From positions 70,615 to 134,614 of the forward strand of contig CAZXND010000002.1 in assembly GCA_964641355.1 (NCBI GenBank): a stretch of 64,000 nt of DNA. The letters are read 5' to 3'. The stretch's first letter is position 1, and each line of letters starts with the position of its first letter. The translations under genes were made by a program, and so were the position numbers. The notes under the pieces were generated by a model. That model did no database searches. It had not been told where the DNA came from and worked only from the letters and a program-made list of their open reading frames with translations. This DNA is from an uncultured Gammaproteobacteria bacterium. GTDB lineage: Bacteria; Patescibacteriota; Microgenomatia; Levybacterales; GWA1-39-11. Of this stretch, positions 17,925 to 28,874 are shown piece after piece.

Positions 17925-18998
17925 TTAGGTAATATTCTCGTGTTCAGTACCGCTTAAGTTTTCTACGAGTTTTTTAATCTTTGGAACAGAATTCTTGGGA
18001 CAAACCAAAATTACATCTTCTGTATTAATTATTATTGACTCATTAAGATCGATTCCAACAATTAATTGATTCGTGAAATTGAAAACCAGGGAGTCTCGAG
18101 AGTCTTCAATAAGTACTTTCCCTTTAGTTACATTCTCATCGGCTGTATTACTCAATGCTTCTTTAAGCGCTTCCCATGCGCCTATATCGCTCCATCCAAT
18201 ATCAACAGCTATGACTGATATGTTATCAGGGGTAAATTTCTCAAGAATAGCATCGTCGAAACTTATTTTTTCTAGGGCTGGGTAAACAGCATCAAGAGTC
18301 TCTTCAAAGTTATCTGCATTAACAATTGATTGTAGATCTTGATGCATTTGCGGAGCAAATTTTTCAAACTTATCAAGTAGGTAAGAGGGTGTAGTTACAA
18401 AATAACCTAAGTTCCAGACATAATGCTCATCGCCAAAGAAATCTTCTGCTTGGGAAAGCTTGGGACGATACTTCAACTTTTTAAATTTAAAAAGAGTCAT
18501 TCCATTTTCATCTCTAAGCTTATCACCACATTCAATCCAACCCACGTTTTGATTTGCAAATCTTGGTTTTTGACCAATAAAAACAAAGTCCGATTCGCCA
18601 TTCTTAATTGATTTTTCAGCAGCAAGAAGAACATTCTGAAACGTTTCAACATTTCTAACCATATGATCACTCCAAATAATTGCCATGGGCTCATTTGGAC
18701 TTCTTTTTGCAAGAATCGAAGTCGCAAGTCCAATCGCAGGTCCAACGTCTCTCATTTCTGGTTCAAAAATGAAATTTTCTTGAGGAATTTCTGGGAGTTG
18801 CTCAGCAACAATATCTTTATACCTTTTCCCTGTTGCCACATAAATATCAGAGGGAGAAAAAGCACCTTTAAGCCTATCTACTGCTTCCTGTAGAGTGGAC
18901 TTATCTCCAATTATCTTTCCGAATTGTTTCGGAGTATTTTTTCTTGATAACGGCCAGAGACGTGTACCAACTCCGCCGGCAAAAATAACTACTTTCAT
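17925..18998 (-). CDS. manC: Mannose-1-phosphate guanylyltransferase
   Basis: AGG.GTRLWPLSR...PKQF, EP..R..GPAI, SDH, ISFD.AILEK and GWSDIG.W motifs. Confidence 0.85.
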   Translation of the reverse strand: MKVVIFAGGVGTRLWPLSRKNTPKQFGKIIGDKSTLQEAVDRLKGAFSPSDIYVATGKRYKDIVAEQLPEIPQENFIFEPEMRDVGPAIGLATSILAKRSPNEPMAIIWSDHMVRNVETFQNVLLAAEKSIKNGESDFVFIGQKPRFANQNVGWIECGDKLRDENGMTLFKFKKLKYRPKLSQAEDFFGDEHYVWNLGYFVTTPSYLLDKFEKFAPQMHQDLQSIVNADNFEETLDAVYPALEKISFDDAILEKFTPDNISVIAVDIGWSDIGAWEALKEALSNTADENVTKGKVLIEDSRDSLVFNFTNQLIVGIDLNESIIINTEDVILVCPKNSVPKIKKLVENLSGTEHENIT

Positions 18999-19067
18999 AC
19001 GTTTTCTTTCAAAATAAATACTTTAAAACTTTATAAAATAATAACAGTTTTGAATATTTTCTAAAAC

Positions 19068-20147
19068 TTATAATTCTTCTCCAATTACTTTGAGTAATTT
19101 TTTTTTGAATGACTCAAAAGAAAATCTTTCAGAATTTGTTATCGATTCCTGACTATTATATCGCCTGTGATCAAATTTTTCCAATTTTGATATTAATGAT
19201 AGTACATCCTGTTTCCTAAAAAACTCTCCTGTTACTCCCTCTTTCACTATTTCAAGCGCTCCACCTGCCTTATATGCAATCACCGGAGTACCGAAATATT
19301 GAGACTCGGCTATCGCAAGTCCAAAGTCTTCTTCTCCTGGAAAAATAAGAGCTTTGCTTCTTCGATATAACTCTGAAAGAGACTCATCGCTTACAGCACC
19401 TAAAAACTCTATGTTTTTTTTTGCTTTTGATTTAAAATAGTCAACATCTCTACCACTTCCCACAACTTTAAGTTTATAACCTAGTTTATTGAATGCTTCA
19501 ATCGCCAATTCAACCTTTTTGTACGGGGTTAGCCTCGAGAGCCGAGAAACCAACAAAAAATAATCACCCTTTGTGGTAGGGGAACTTTTTTTTCTATCTA
19601 TGGTAAGTGGAGGATATATAACTTCTGAATCTCTCCCATAATATTTTTTAACCCTCTTCTTCACCTCATTTGAGATTGAAATGATTTTATCTGGACGTGA
19701 AGAAGCAACTCTGTCCCATTCACGAAGATATGAAACAAGAGGGTAAGAAGAATAAGCAAGTAAATTGTTTGAAAAATATTCTTTATATCCGCTCCACAAA
19801 TAACGTGTAGGAGTAAGACAGTAACAAATATGTTTCGTTGAAGGTTTTGTAATTATTCCTTTTGCATACTCACTTGTAACCGAAATTACAAGGTCATATT
19901 CTGAAAAGTCTAACGACTCAAAAGCAAGAGGCATAAGCGGAGCAAAGAATTCATGTTTTCCAGGTGCACCAGGAATTCTTTGTAAAAAAGATGTCTTTAC
20001 GTTAAATACGTTTGCCCAAGGTGCACTTTTCTTATTGTAAACAGAAGTAAAAAGTGGCGCTTCGGGAAAAATTTTATGGAGAGCCAAAAGGACTCTCTCC
20101 GCTCCCCCCCATTTGTTCACTCGATCGTAAACTAGTGCTACTTTCAT
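19068..20147 (-). CDS. GT4 glycosyltransferase (WbaZ-like mannosyltransferase type)
   Basis: GGAERV, YC.TP.RYLW and EDFG....E motifs. Confidence 0.88.
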   Translation of the reverse strand: MKVALVYDRVNKWGGAERVLLALHKIFPEAPLFTSVYNKKSAPWANVFNVKTSFLQRIPGAPGKHEFFAPLMPLAFESLDFSEYDLVISVTSEYAKGIITKPSTKHICYCLTPTRYLWSGYKEYFSNNLLAYSSYPLVSYLREWDRVASSRPDKIISISNEVKKRVKKYYGRDSEVIYPPLTIDRKKSSPTTKGDYFLLVSRLSRLTPYKKVELAIEAFNKLGYKLKVVGSGRDVDYFKSKAKKNIEFLGAVSDESLSELYRRSKALIFPGEEDFGLAIAESQYFGTPVIAYKAGGALEIVKEGVTGEFFRKQDVLSLISKLEKFDHRRYNSQESITNSERFSFESFKKKLLKVIGEEL

Positions 20148-21246
20148 AGATTTCTAAAGTCTGCTGAGCCATTTTTCTCCATGAATAAGACTTGGCCAAA
20201 ATTTTGCCTAATTGTATATGATTTCTTATTTCAATACTAGAGAGTTCCAAAACTTTTTCCATCGCATTCCTCACACTAAGCTCATCGTGAGGATCAAAAT
20301 AAACGAGGGGAATATCACGACATATTTCTCTGAATGTCGGAATATCAGATAAGATAATTGGCGCTCCACTACCCATCGCCTCAAGTGCTGGAAGCGCAAA
20401 GCCTTCAGATAAAGATGGAGAAATGAAAGCAATACACTTTTTATACAATATTGATAACTCTTCATCACTAACATCCTTTGCAAAAACCAAAGAAGAACTA
20501 AGAGCTTTTGCAACAGGAGACTCTTCAAGACGTGAATAGAAAAAATCTTTTTTTCCCGCTAAAACTAATTTTACGCTCGGATTTTGAGACGATAATCTTA
20601 AAAAAGAATTAATTAAACATTCTAAATTTTTATGTGGATATGCGTTGCCTACATATAGAAAATACTTTTTAGATTCGATTCCTAATTCACTTAGAACCTC
20701 TGTATTACTTCCTTTAAGCAAGGTTACGCCTTCTTTAATAACATGAATCTTTTTCTGATCCACTTTATTTAATTTCAAAACCTCGTCTTTAACTGAGTTT
20801 GAGGGGACTATTACGGCAGTCGAGTTTTTCAACGCTTTTGAAATTACATATTTATAAGCAAATTTTTTTGCTATGAAAAAAGGGAATGGAAGAGTTGAAG
20901 CCTGACCAGTATAGCTTGAGTAGATTATCAAATCATGCATGGTAACAATAAATGGACGCTGATATTTTATGGGCACTGAGAAATATGGAAAGTGTACAAG
21001 GTCAAGACTTTCCTTCTCAATTATTCCTGGGAGAAGTCTCTGCTCATCAATCGAATGCCAACGAATATTAGCTTCTACTGTTTTCCATTTAAAAAAATTA
21101 GCTCTGAGATAATCTACGTCTTTTTTTAGGGCGAATAAAATATAGTCATTCTGGTCATCAACATCATAAAGATTTTCGACAAGATTTCGAATATATCTAC
21201 CAACTCCAGTTTCTCTCCAAAGTCTAACATCTATACCCAAGCGCAT
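20074..21246 (-). CDS. GT4 glycosyltransferase
   Basis: GIDVR, GVGRY, T.HDL, P.KN and EGF.LP.LEAM motifs. Confidence 0.9.
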   Translation of the reverse strand: MRLGIDVRLWRETGVGRYIRNLVENLYDVDDQNDYILFALKKDVDYLRANFFKWKTVEANIRWHSIDEQRLLPGIIEKESLDLVHFPYFSVPIKYQRPFIVTMHDLIIYSSYTGQASTLPFPFFIAKKFAYKYVISKALKNSTAVIVPSNSVKDEVLKLNKVDQKKIHVIKEGVTLLKGSNTEVLSELGIESKKYFLYVGNAYPHKNLECLINSFLRLSSQNPSVKLVLAGKKDFFYSRLEESPVAKALSSSLVFAKDVSDEELSILYKKCIAFISPSLSEGFALPALEAMGSGAPIILSDIPTFREICRDIPLVYFDPHDELSVRNAMEKVLELSSIEIRNHIQLGKILAKSYSWRKMAQQTLEIYESSTSLRSSEQMGGSGESPFGSP

Positions 21247-21247
21247 A

Positions 21248-22180
21248 TTAATTTCTCATTCTTTCTATCTTATATTTAAGATCAATCCCAAATAAAACCA
21301 ACCAATTAATTAAACTCGGATATTTATCCTTATAGTGCTTATTATAAAAAACTCTCATTGCTGAAAATCTTGCCTCCATAGCTTTCTTCCTTGTCTCTTC
21401 TGTCGCATTTGTTATATGTTTTGATACGTCTTTTATCCCTCCAGACACTCCTTTATAGTGTAAAATTTTGAAATCCGGAACAAAAAAGATTTTCCAACCA
21501 CTTTCTTTCAATCTATAACAAAAGTCTATGTCATCACCGTACCAAAAAAAATCTTCATCCCACCATCCAACCTCTTCACCAGCTGTTCTTCTTACCATCA
21601 TGAATGCGCCTGCTAGTGAATCTATTTCATGAATTTCGTTTAAGCTTAAAAATGAGAAACTATAACCAGAGAATATCTTGACTTTAGGAAATACTCTTTC
21701 AAGACCAGAGAAGTGAGAAAACGCTCGCCAAGGAGTAGGAAATCCTCGATGAGATGCGTCATCAATCATTCCGTTAGGAAGCTCAATATAACAAGTAGAT
21801 GCGCCTGCTTTTTCATTACTTTCCATAAAACTAACCACTCCATTAATCGCATCTTCATAAACAACCGTGTCAGAATTAAGAAATAAAACATATTTACCTT
21901 TTGATTTTAATACTCCAATATTATTAGCTTTAGAAAACCCATAATTTTCTGCATTTTTTATAATGGTCAAACCGATTTCTTTACTTTTCTTTGCAAACTC
22001 CTCAAGAGCTTCTACGCTTCCATCCGATGAATTGTTGTCAACAACAATTATTTCAGCTTTTATTTTCTTAACTGTTTCACAAATAGACTTAAGACAATTT
22101 ATCGTAAAGTCCTTAGTATTAAATGAAACGATAATAATAGATAGATCCAAAGTATTTAACCTCCTTAGATTTCCTTCCAC
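21248..22180 (-). CDS. GT2 glycosyltransferase
   Basis: SIIIVSFN, VVDN.S.DGS, LNSD, GAFM and DEDFF.Y.DD.D motifs. Confidence 0.9.
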   Translation of the reverse strand: MEGNLRRLNTLDLSIIIVSFNTKDFTINCLKSICETVKKIKAEIIVVDNNSSDGSVEALEEFAKKSKEIGLTIIKNAENYGFSKANNIGVLKSKGKYVLFLNSDTVVYEDAINGVVSFMESNEKAGASTCYIELPNGMIDDASHRGFPTPWRAFSHFSGLERVFPKVKIFSGYSFSFLSLNEIHEIDSLAGAFMMVRRTAGEEVGWWDEDFFWYGDDIDFCYRLKESGWKIFFVPDFKILHYKGVSGGIKDVSKHITNATEETRKKAMEARFSAMRVFYNKHYKDKYPSLINWLVLFGIDLKYKIERMRN

Positions 22181-23346
22181 ACCTTATTCATTTTTAAACC
22201 AATTTTTTCCCACGAATAATTTTCCTCAACAACTTTTCTTGCATTTTTAGTAATTCTATTACCAAGATCTTTACTGTTAAATAACTCATTTATTTTTTCT
22301 CTGAATTCTCGCCCGCTGCGTGCTGCAAGAAAATCCCTTCCGTCTATGACGGAAAGACCTGCCAACCTTTCGGCAAAAGCTACGATCGGTACCCCCATTG
22401 CCATTGCTTCAATAACTTTAAAATTAGTACCACCGCCGTACCTCACGGGAAAAACAAATATCTCTGATCTTTCATATACTGTCCTTATGTCGTCAATAAA
22501 TTCAATTATATTTATTCGTGGATCATATGGGATTGAGAGCTTCCTAGAGTTTTTTCCTATAATAGTTAGTGTTACATCTCTATCACTTATTTTAGAAAAA
22601 ACATTATCATAAAAAAACTTCATTGCATCAACATTGGGAAAGTAGGAAAAATTACCAACAAAGAGAAGATTTTTTCCAGTATACTCTTCGTTATTCTGTT
22701 TTAAAGGGAAATTATTAACATCGATTCCATTTTCGATAACATAACACGACTTATTCCTTTTATAAATGTAATCAGCCTCTTCGTTGGTCACTGCAATACA
22801 TGTGTCAGCTAATTTTATAAATTTTTCCTCTTCTGTTTTTATTGTCTTTGCTTGTTTAGCATAAAAAAATCTAGAAACAAAAGATGAAGCATTTCTGGAA
22901 TAGTCCTCGTACAATTTGTATTCTATGTTTTCTGTACCAAAAATTTGTTTAACAGAAAGCTCTTTTATTTTTTTAGATATATAAAAACCTGTATAAAAAG
23001 ACTCAAAGTGTACTACGTCTATTTTATCTCTTTTTATTTTTTCAATAATTTCTTTCTCTATCTCATCTTCATAATAAAGGTGCTTAAAGATTGAACTTGA
23101 TGGACTAAATGAAGAAACAAAACTTTTTGGACTTTTTGCTCTTTTCCTCTTAAAAGTTAGCACATCTTTTACTCCAATCTCTTTCATTTTTTCATGATCC
23201 TCTTTTCTAAATCCCTCGCGAGTAAAAGAAACTAAATGAATTTCCAAATCCTTTCCCCCAAATTTTATTAAGTTGTAAGCTCTATTTTTTCCTCCTGAGT
23301 TAGTAGGGTATGGAAAATCATAAGTTATAAAAAGAATTTTTTTCAT
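22165..23346 (-). CDS. GT4 glycosyltransferase
   Basis: PYP.NSGG, FVGNF.Y.PN and G.G...KVIEAMA.G.P motifs. Confidence 0.88.
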   Translation of the reverse strand: MKKILFITYDFPYPTNSGGKNRAYNLIKFGGKDLEIHLVSFTREGFRKEDHEKMKEIGVKDVLTFKRKRAKSPKSFVSSFSPSSSIFKHLYYEDEIEKEIIEKIKRDKIDVVHFESFYTGFYISKKIKELSVKQIFGTENIEYKLYEDYSRNASSFVSRFFYAKQAKTIKTEEEKFIKLADTCIAVTNEEADYIYKRNKSCYVIENGIDVNNFPLKQNNEEYTGKNLLFVGNFSYFPNVDAMKFFYDNVFSKISDRDVTLTIIGKNSRKLSIPYDPRINIIEFIDDIRTVYERSEIFVFPVRYGGGTNFKVIEAMAMGVPIVAFAERLAGLSVIDGRDFLAARSGREFREKINELFNSKDLGNRITKNARKVVEENYSWEKIGLKMNKVWKEI

Positions 23347-24782
23347 TTTAATTTAAGTATTAAGTATGAAGAAGATGAAGCAACAGATTCGTACATAGTC
23401 CCGAAACCACTAAAATCATTTGGCGTAGGATTAGCAATTACAAGATAGGAAGCTCCCATTTTTATCATCTCATCTATTGACTTCTCAAAGGCTGCCCAAC
23501 CTCTTCTATTTGTTTGATAAAGGAATGTCGTGTCACCATCGTAAGGGGCGATAACCAAAGCATCTTTCGGCAAAATTTTATCAGCTTCTTTTCCAGCTTC
23601 GATTATTCCCCAATTATTTATATTGAAATAATCTCTTACTTGAAACCATGAAAAAGAAAACATAAAAACAGAAACAGTGAAAATGATTACATATGAGATA
23701 TATTTATTAACCCCACGTGCATTAGATATAAAGTAGTAAACACCACGAGACAAAAATATTGCGATAGTTGGAATTATAAGTATCTGATAATAATCATGTT
23801 GAACATTTCCCCTGGCAATTATAGTTAGATATAAAAGAGATGATACAAGAAATGAAATGAAGAAAAAGTAAGACTTTTCTGTTTCTCTTTTAATAACTCC
23901 GACAATTAAAAATACCACTCCAAAATATCCTAGTATTAATTTAGAAATTCTCTCAGCAAAAATCCAGTAAAAGAAAGCACCCTTAAAACGAATATTACCA
24001 CCGTTAAAAAGCCAATTAGATACCGGTACTCCCTCTGGAAATTGTTGCATCCAATTTCTCCATAAAAGGAGTGGAGTGACTGTTATAAATAGAAAAACCC
24101 ATAACTGCCATTTTTTAATAAAAGAATATCCAAAGCGAGATATTGTTAAATAGATAATTGGTAAAGTAAAAATTAAAGCATAAGGCTTAGCAAGAAATGC
24201 TCCCGAGGTAAACAAGATCGACAAAATGAAATAAATCCATTGATTACTTTTTTTCTCTTTATACCCCTCACTCCATAAGTCAAAAAATAATATTCCTCCG
24301 AGAATAAATGTCACCATTAGCTCATCTGGTAAAATAGCTCGACTATAATAAATAGAAAATGGCAAGAATGCGAAGAAAAAAGAAGATAAAAGTGCTTCAG
24401 CTATTGTTGAATGCTTCTTAACGATAAAAAAGATAAAGACGATTGATAGAATCGATTCAAAAATAATAACAAGCCTCCCCCATTCTTCAAGAGTAATAAT
24501 TCCAAAAGTTTTATATAAGAATGCTTGCTTTATGTTAAGGAGAGGAAATTCAACAAATCGCAAACCTTGGGGATTGTCAATACCAGATGGAACATTTGAT
24601 AGATCGTCAAACTTTGGATGAAGGACATCATAACCATTTTTTACAAAATTTCTTGAAACTGCAGACGTATCTACCTGTCTCCATGAATGCCAATCGGCAA
24701 TAGGATTATCGAATCTGTAGAGACGAACAAAAAACCCTAAAATAAGAATAGCGAGAAGGACAAGCCAATAAATTCTCCTCAT
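23343..24782 (-). CDS. GT-C fold glycosyltransferase (PMT_2/GT39-like)
   Basis: Polytopic; H.WRQ.DT..V.RNF, EFP, SR...PD and HDYYQ motifs. Confidence 0.8.
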   Translation of the reverse strand: MRRIYWLVLLAILILGFFVRLYRFDNPIADWHSWRQVDTSAVSRNFVKNGYDVLHPKFDDLSNVPSGIDNPQGLRFVEFPLLNIKQAFLYKTFGIITLEEWGRLVIIFESILSIVFIFFIVKKHSTIAEALLSSFFFAFLPFSIYYSRAILPDELMVTFILGGILFFDLWSEGYKEKKSNQWIYFILSILFTSGAFLAKPYALIFTLPIIYLTISRFGYSFIKKWQLWVFLFITVTPLLLWRNWMQQFPEGVPVSNWLFNGGNIRFKGAFFYWIFAERISKLILGYFGVVFLIVGVIKRETEKSYFFFISFLVSSLLYLTIIARGNVQHDYYQILIIPTIAIFLSRGVYYFISNARGVNKYISYVIIFTVSVFMFSFSWFQVRDYFNINNWGIIEAGKEADKILPKDALVIAPYDGDTTFLYQTNRRGWAAFEKSIDEMIKMGASYLVIANPTPNDFSGFGTMYESVASSSSYLILKLK

Positions 24783-24827
24783 GAAATCATTTTAACACTA
24801 GAAGCCCCAATACCAAAGCCACTGACC

Positions 24828-27800
24828 CTAAGGAAGATCCTTATTATCAGTCACCACAGAGACATCCGCATCACTATTAAACTTAAAAACTTTAACGTTC
24901 TGTGAAGTCTGAGACTCTCTAACTGCTCCCTCCAATATTAATCTATTGTCTGTAACGTGAACATCAACACGTGCACCTTTAAAGGTGAACCAAACGGCAT
25001 CAGGAAGACCAACTGGAAATACCCAAGCCTCGCCTTGTCTTATAGGAACACCTGTGAAATAAAATTGCATACTTTGATGTAAAAGTCTATCTGTATAAAT
25101 TTTGTTAAGTGAAACAAGAAGTTTTCTTGTTATTTCTCCGGCACCAAACCAATCTCTTTCTATCTTTTGCAATTGGAAAGTTTGTATCATAAGAAAAACT
25201 AGACTAAGTATAAAAATACTCAGAGCTGATAAGACTTTTCCATTTGAAACAAGATGATCATAAACCGATCTTAGCGATAGAATAAATACTATCACGATTC
25301 CAAATGATGCGAGATATACATATCTTGATGCAATATTTCCAAATCCAAGAAAAGGCAACAAAGATATAACAAAAAACGAGAATGCAAAAATAATCATCTT
25401 CTTTTCAGAGGTTTCTATTTTTTTGTTGAAAAATTTATAAACTGATACAAAAATACCTATTACCAACATCACCAAGACCACTGAAACAAAAATATTTTCT
25501 CTTAAAATACTTCTTAGGTTCATATAAACTGGGTTCACTTGAGGGCCTAAAATAGATATCATTGAATATCCAATTAAATTTCCTATGAAGTTGAATGGTA
25601 ATTTTATCAAGTTATAACTATAATCTCCTCCTGACCAATGACTGTTCGCAATTAACCTTAAAATGAAATAAAAAACTAAAGGAAGCGCTAACCAAATATA
25701 AATCCTTTCTTTAATTAATTTATTTATCGCCGATTTTCCTTCTTTAAAATAAATATAAATAAGAACTAATAATGGAGCGACAACCCCAAGCTCATGAAAC
25801 ATAAGACCAAGAACAATAGAAAGAACTGATAAACCTAAGTATAATTTTTTTCCTACATCAACAAATTTATCAAAAAGTAAAATACTTAAAATAGTAAAAA
25901 ATGAAGTAAATAAATATCCAGTTGAAGATATCCAAAGTACAGCCTCAGAACCACCGCTCAATATGATAAAGATAAAAGCAGAAGAAGCAGCCAAAAAATT
26001 GTTTTTGAATACCTTCCTTGCGAGTAAATATAAAAGAACGGCAACACCAAAATGAAGAAAAACAGACACAAAGTGATAAGCGTTTTGATTGAGCCAGAAT
26101 ATAGAATACATTATATAAAAATAAATTTTTGTTCCGGGTCTATAGAAGAAATTATTCGCTTCGGTGAAATTTTTCACAAAACCCTGAATACTTGTCGGGC
26201 AAAGATTTCCACAGTCTGCTGCCCACCTAAGCCATGTAAAATCATCACCTACGAAGTAATCAGAAGTCGAGGATACATAGAAAGCAATAGTTATAAAAAA
26301 TAAATATATAATTACTGCAAGAGGGGAAGTAACTGTAGAAATAAATTCTTTTTTCAGATCAATCTCACTTTCTTTGTAAAGATTCAATGTTCCAAGTACA
26401 ATTCCGACAAGAATCCAGAACGAAAATGCAACCTTAGATGCCTCAAAAACATCTATAAAAATAGCATTGAGAGCAAGGCCAAATGCTCCAGCAATAAATC
26501 CTATAACAAAACTCCTTGTAATATGAGATTCAACCTTGGGCAAAAGTTTGCGTATATAAATCCCTGCTACTATGAAAATGGATATAAAAGATAAAAGTCC
26601 TAAAATTCCTGTTTCTCCTAAAATTCTTAAATAGTCATTATCAACAGCCAAAGTCACAGACGAATACCCGCTTCCAAAAAGTATATTTCTCTGAAAAGCA
26701 AGGATTGTTTTTGGCCATTCACCTTGAAATCTAGTTGTAAATGAAAGATCGTAAGCAAGTGCCTTCTTAATTACGAAATCACCAAAAATCACCGTGACCT
26801 TTGCAGAGTCTGATCCATTAGCTAAATTTGTGCTTTGATAAAAATATTTATTTGTTCTTTCAGTTATAGGAGACAGAGGTAAATTTATATAACCCGTACC
26901 CTGTGGAAGGCTCTCACCTGTAGGAGAAACTTCTGCCTGAATAAGAGGAGCCGGATTAGGATAAAAAGTATCTGGGAAAAAAGCCGCAGGACTTGCCGTA
27001 ATTCTAGTATCATGCAATGAAGGAACATATGTATATATCATTTTATCGTTGAAGAAAGGTCTATCAACAAGCTGAGGATTCCCAATAGCTTTTCCCGAAT
27101 TAGTGTCTACGAGCACATCAATCTCTTTTACTGTATTTCCGAAACGAGATGTAAGACTTTGAGCAAAAGGTAAAGTTACAAGAATTAAAACAAAAAATGT
27201 AAGAATAATAAATTTCTTTTTTTGAAGGATTAAAACAAGAATAAAGGCTAAAAGAAGAACAAAAAATGATATTCGCGATACGGTCATAAAAAGCAAAACA
27301 AAACCTAAAAATAGGGATACAACTATTAACGCTTTCACAGAGAACTTTTTGAAACCAAAAAATAAACTTGCAAATATTGGCAATATTAGAACAAGGTATG
27401 CAGCCAGATCATAATGACCTGCAAAAGTTGATGGCACACGAGAAAGTTGAGAAAGTTGAATCGGGATACCTTTTGCAAATTCCTCATTCATTGTTAGATA
27501 AGCGGGAAATCCTAGGAATTTCTGACCAAATCCATAAAAAATAACCGATAGAAGAGTTACAAAAAGTGCCCAAATGGCATAAATCACATATTTCTTACTT
27601 GTTATACCTTGGTAGGCTATAAAGAACAAAGAGAGATATTCTAATCTTCTCAAAAAGTTTAAGAGAGCTACATTAGAGAATACGTTTGACAGTGTTGGAA
27701 AAATTAAAATAACACCATGAAAAGTTGCAAGTGCACCTATTATCCAAAAAACAAAAATGGTTAGAGTTAAGGGGGTTTTAAGAGTAACTTTTTTGGTAAG

Positions 27801-27980
27801 TACTAAAAAAGTCCAAAACAATAGCACGAGTGCGATAACTAAGTCCTCTAATCTGATGTAAACCCACGTATTTTTTATATCTAGAAGAGGAAGCTTTGGA
27901 TAAAGAGGGATAAAAACAAGAAGAGATATTGTTATTGGAAATAAAAGCTTTTTTGAAAAGAAGCTAGATAATTTTTTCAT
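24828..27980 (-). CDS. Fusion of O-antigen ligase/Wzy_C-like domain and GT-C-like domain
   Basis: N-terminal half has R..STF.G..D, T.SR and G.G....DNDYL..L.ETG.LG. C-terminal half has F.GDDF.W, YRP, EAV.W, E and RY.Y. Confidence 0.75.
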   Translation of the reverse strand: MKKLSSFFSKKLLFPITISLLVFIPLYPKLPLLDIKNTWVYIRLEDLVIALVLLFWTFLVLTKKVTLKTPLTLTIFVFWIIGALATFHGVILIFPTLSNVFSNVALLNFLRRLEYLSLFFIAYQGITSKKYVIYAIWALFVTLLSVIFYGFGQKFLGFPAYLTMNEEFAKGIPIQLSQLSRVPSTFAGHYDLAAYLVLILPIFASLFFGFKKFSVKALIVVSLFLGFVLLFMTVSRISFFVLLLAFILVLILQKKKFIILTFFVLILVTLPFAQSLTSRFGNTVKEIDVLVDTNSGKAIGNPQLVDRPFFNDKMIYTYVPSLHDTRITASPAAFFPDTFYPNPAPLIQAEVSPTGESLPQGTGYINLPLSPITERTNKYFYQSTNLANGSDSAKVTVIFGDFVIKKALAYDLSFTTRFQGEWPKTILAFQRNILFGSGYSSVTLAVDNDYLRILGETGILGLLSFISIFIVAGIYIRKLLPKVESHITRSFVIGFIAGAFGLALNAIFIDVFEASKVAFSFWILVGIVLGTLNLYKESEIDLKKEFISTVTSPLAVIIYLFFITIAFYVSSTSDYFVGDDFTWLRWAADCGNLCPTSIQGFVKNFTEANNFFYRPGTKIYFYIMYSIFWLNQNAYHFVSVFLHFGVAVLLYLLARKVFKNNFLAASSAFIFIILSGGSEAVLWISSTGYLFTSFFTILSILLFDKFVDVGKKLYLGLSVLSIVLGLMFHELGVVAPLLVLIYIYFKEGKSAINKLIKERIYIWLALPLVFYFILRLIANSHWSGGDYSYNLIKLPFNFIGNLIGYSMISILGPQVNPVYMNLRSILRENIFVSVVLVMLVIGIFVSVYKFFNKKIETSEKKMIIFAFSFFVISLLPFLGFGNIASRYVYLASFGIVIVFILSLRSVYDHLVSNGKVLSALSIFILSLVFLMIQTFQLQKIERDWFGAGEITRKLLVSLNKIYTDRLLHQSMQFYFTGVPIRQGEAWVFPVGLPDAVWFTFKGARVDVHVTDNRLILEGAVRESQTSQNVKVFKFNSDADVSVVTDNKDLP

Positions 27981-28873
27981 AGCAATAAGGTTTGCTTATA
28001 TGTATTTATGTAATATCTATTACCAGTTAATAATCCCAAAATAATTACTATAATTGATTTTATAGAAAGTATACCTCTAACCGCAAGATATTGAATTTCT
28101 CCTTTATTCTTTTTGAAAAAATAAAAAATTCCCGTATAAATATTTACGATGGCAAATGAACGATTAGAACTTCCATGTTTAAAATGTTCAATTTCAAATT
28201 TGGGATTAAAAAGGACTTTATAACCACTCTTTTTCGCCCTGTAACAAAGATCCATATCCTCTACATACATAAAATAATTTTCATCATATCCATTTAGTTT
28301 TTCAAAAATACTTCTTTGTGCAAATAAAAATCCACCACTTACATAGTCAACAAATTTTTTAATTGGAGGAGACGATCTCAAACCAAAAAAATTCTCTAGT
28401 CCTAATGCAAGCCAAAAGATATTAGAAACATCATAAAATTTTCCCGTGGACTTTTCGACAACACTTCCGGAGAACATTTTACCACCTACAATAGCCACAT
28501 CTCCTTTTAAATCTTCTACAATTTCAAGTAAATATTCATTTACAAACTTTGAATCAGGGTTAAGCAGTAATATATTATTTCCTTTAGCTTCCTTCGCTCC
28601 TAAATTTACACCTGCAGCGTACCCAACATTTTTCTTATTCAAAACTAAAGTTATATTTTCTTTTATTTTTATCATCTCTTCTTTGTTTTTTTTCTCTGCA
28701 AAAAAATCAAAGAGAACTTCTACCGTATTGTCTGTAGAACCATTATCAACAATAATCAACTCTATTTTTTCATCCTCAATGTGCTTTTTATGAAAATAAA
28801 AGAGACTTTCAAGACAAGATGAAATATAGCTTTGAGAATTATAAGTGAGAATAATAATTGATACTTGAGCCAT
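27977..28873 (-). CDS. GT2 glycosyltransferase
   Basis: SIIILTYN, VDNGSTD, LNPD and DE.YFMY.ED.D motifs. ATG at 28873 preferred because it abuts the upstream stop. Confidence 0.88.
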   Translation of the reverse strand: MAQVSIIILTYNSQSYISSCLESLFYFHKKHIEDEKIELIIVDNGSTDNTVEVLFDFFAEKKNKEEMIKIKENITLVLNKKNVGYAAGVNLGAKEAKGNNILLLNPDSKFVNEYLLEIVEDLKGDVAIVGGKMFSGSVVEKSTGKFYDVSNIFWLALGLENFFGLRSSPPIKKFVDYVSGGFLFAQRSIFEKLNGYDENYFMYVEDMDLCYRAKKSGYKVLFNPKFEIEHFKHGSSNRSFAIVNIYTGIFYFFKKNKGEIQYLAVRGILSIKSIIVIILGLLTGNRYYINTYKQTLLL

Positions 28874-28874
28874 T

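Noticed and set aside
20074-20147. 74-bp overlap of two GT4 genes as a programmed frameshift
   Set aside because: Both genes are complete; the overlap is just a non-conserved C-terminal tail.
24828-27980. LPS O-antigen ligase waaL, or LPS core heptose synthesis
   Set aside because: No lipid A, Kdo or core genes are present, and HddA indicates the GDP-alpha-heptose route, not the HldE/ADP-heptose route.
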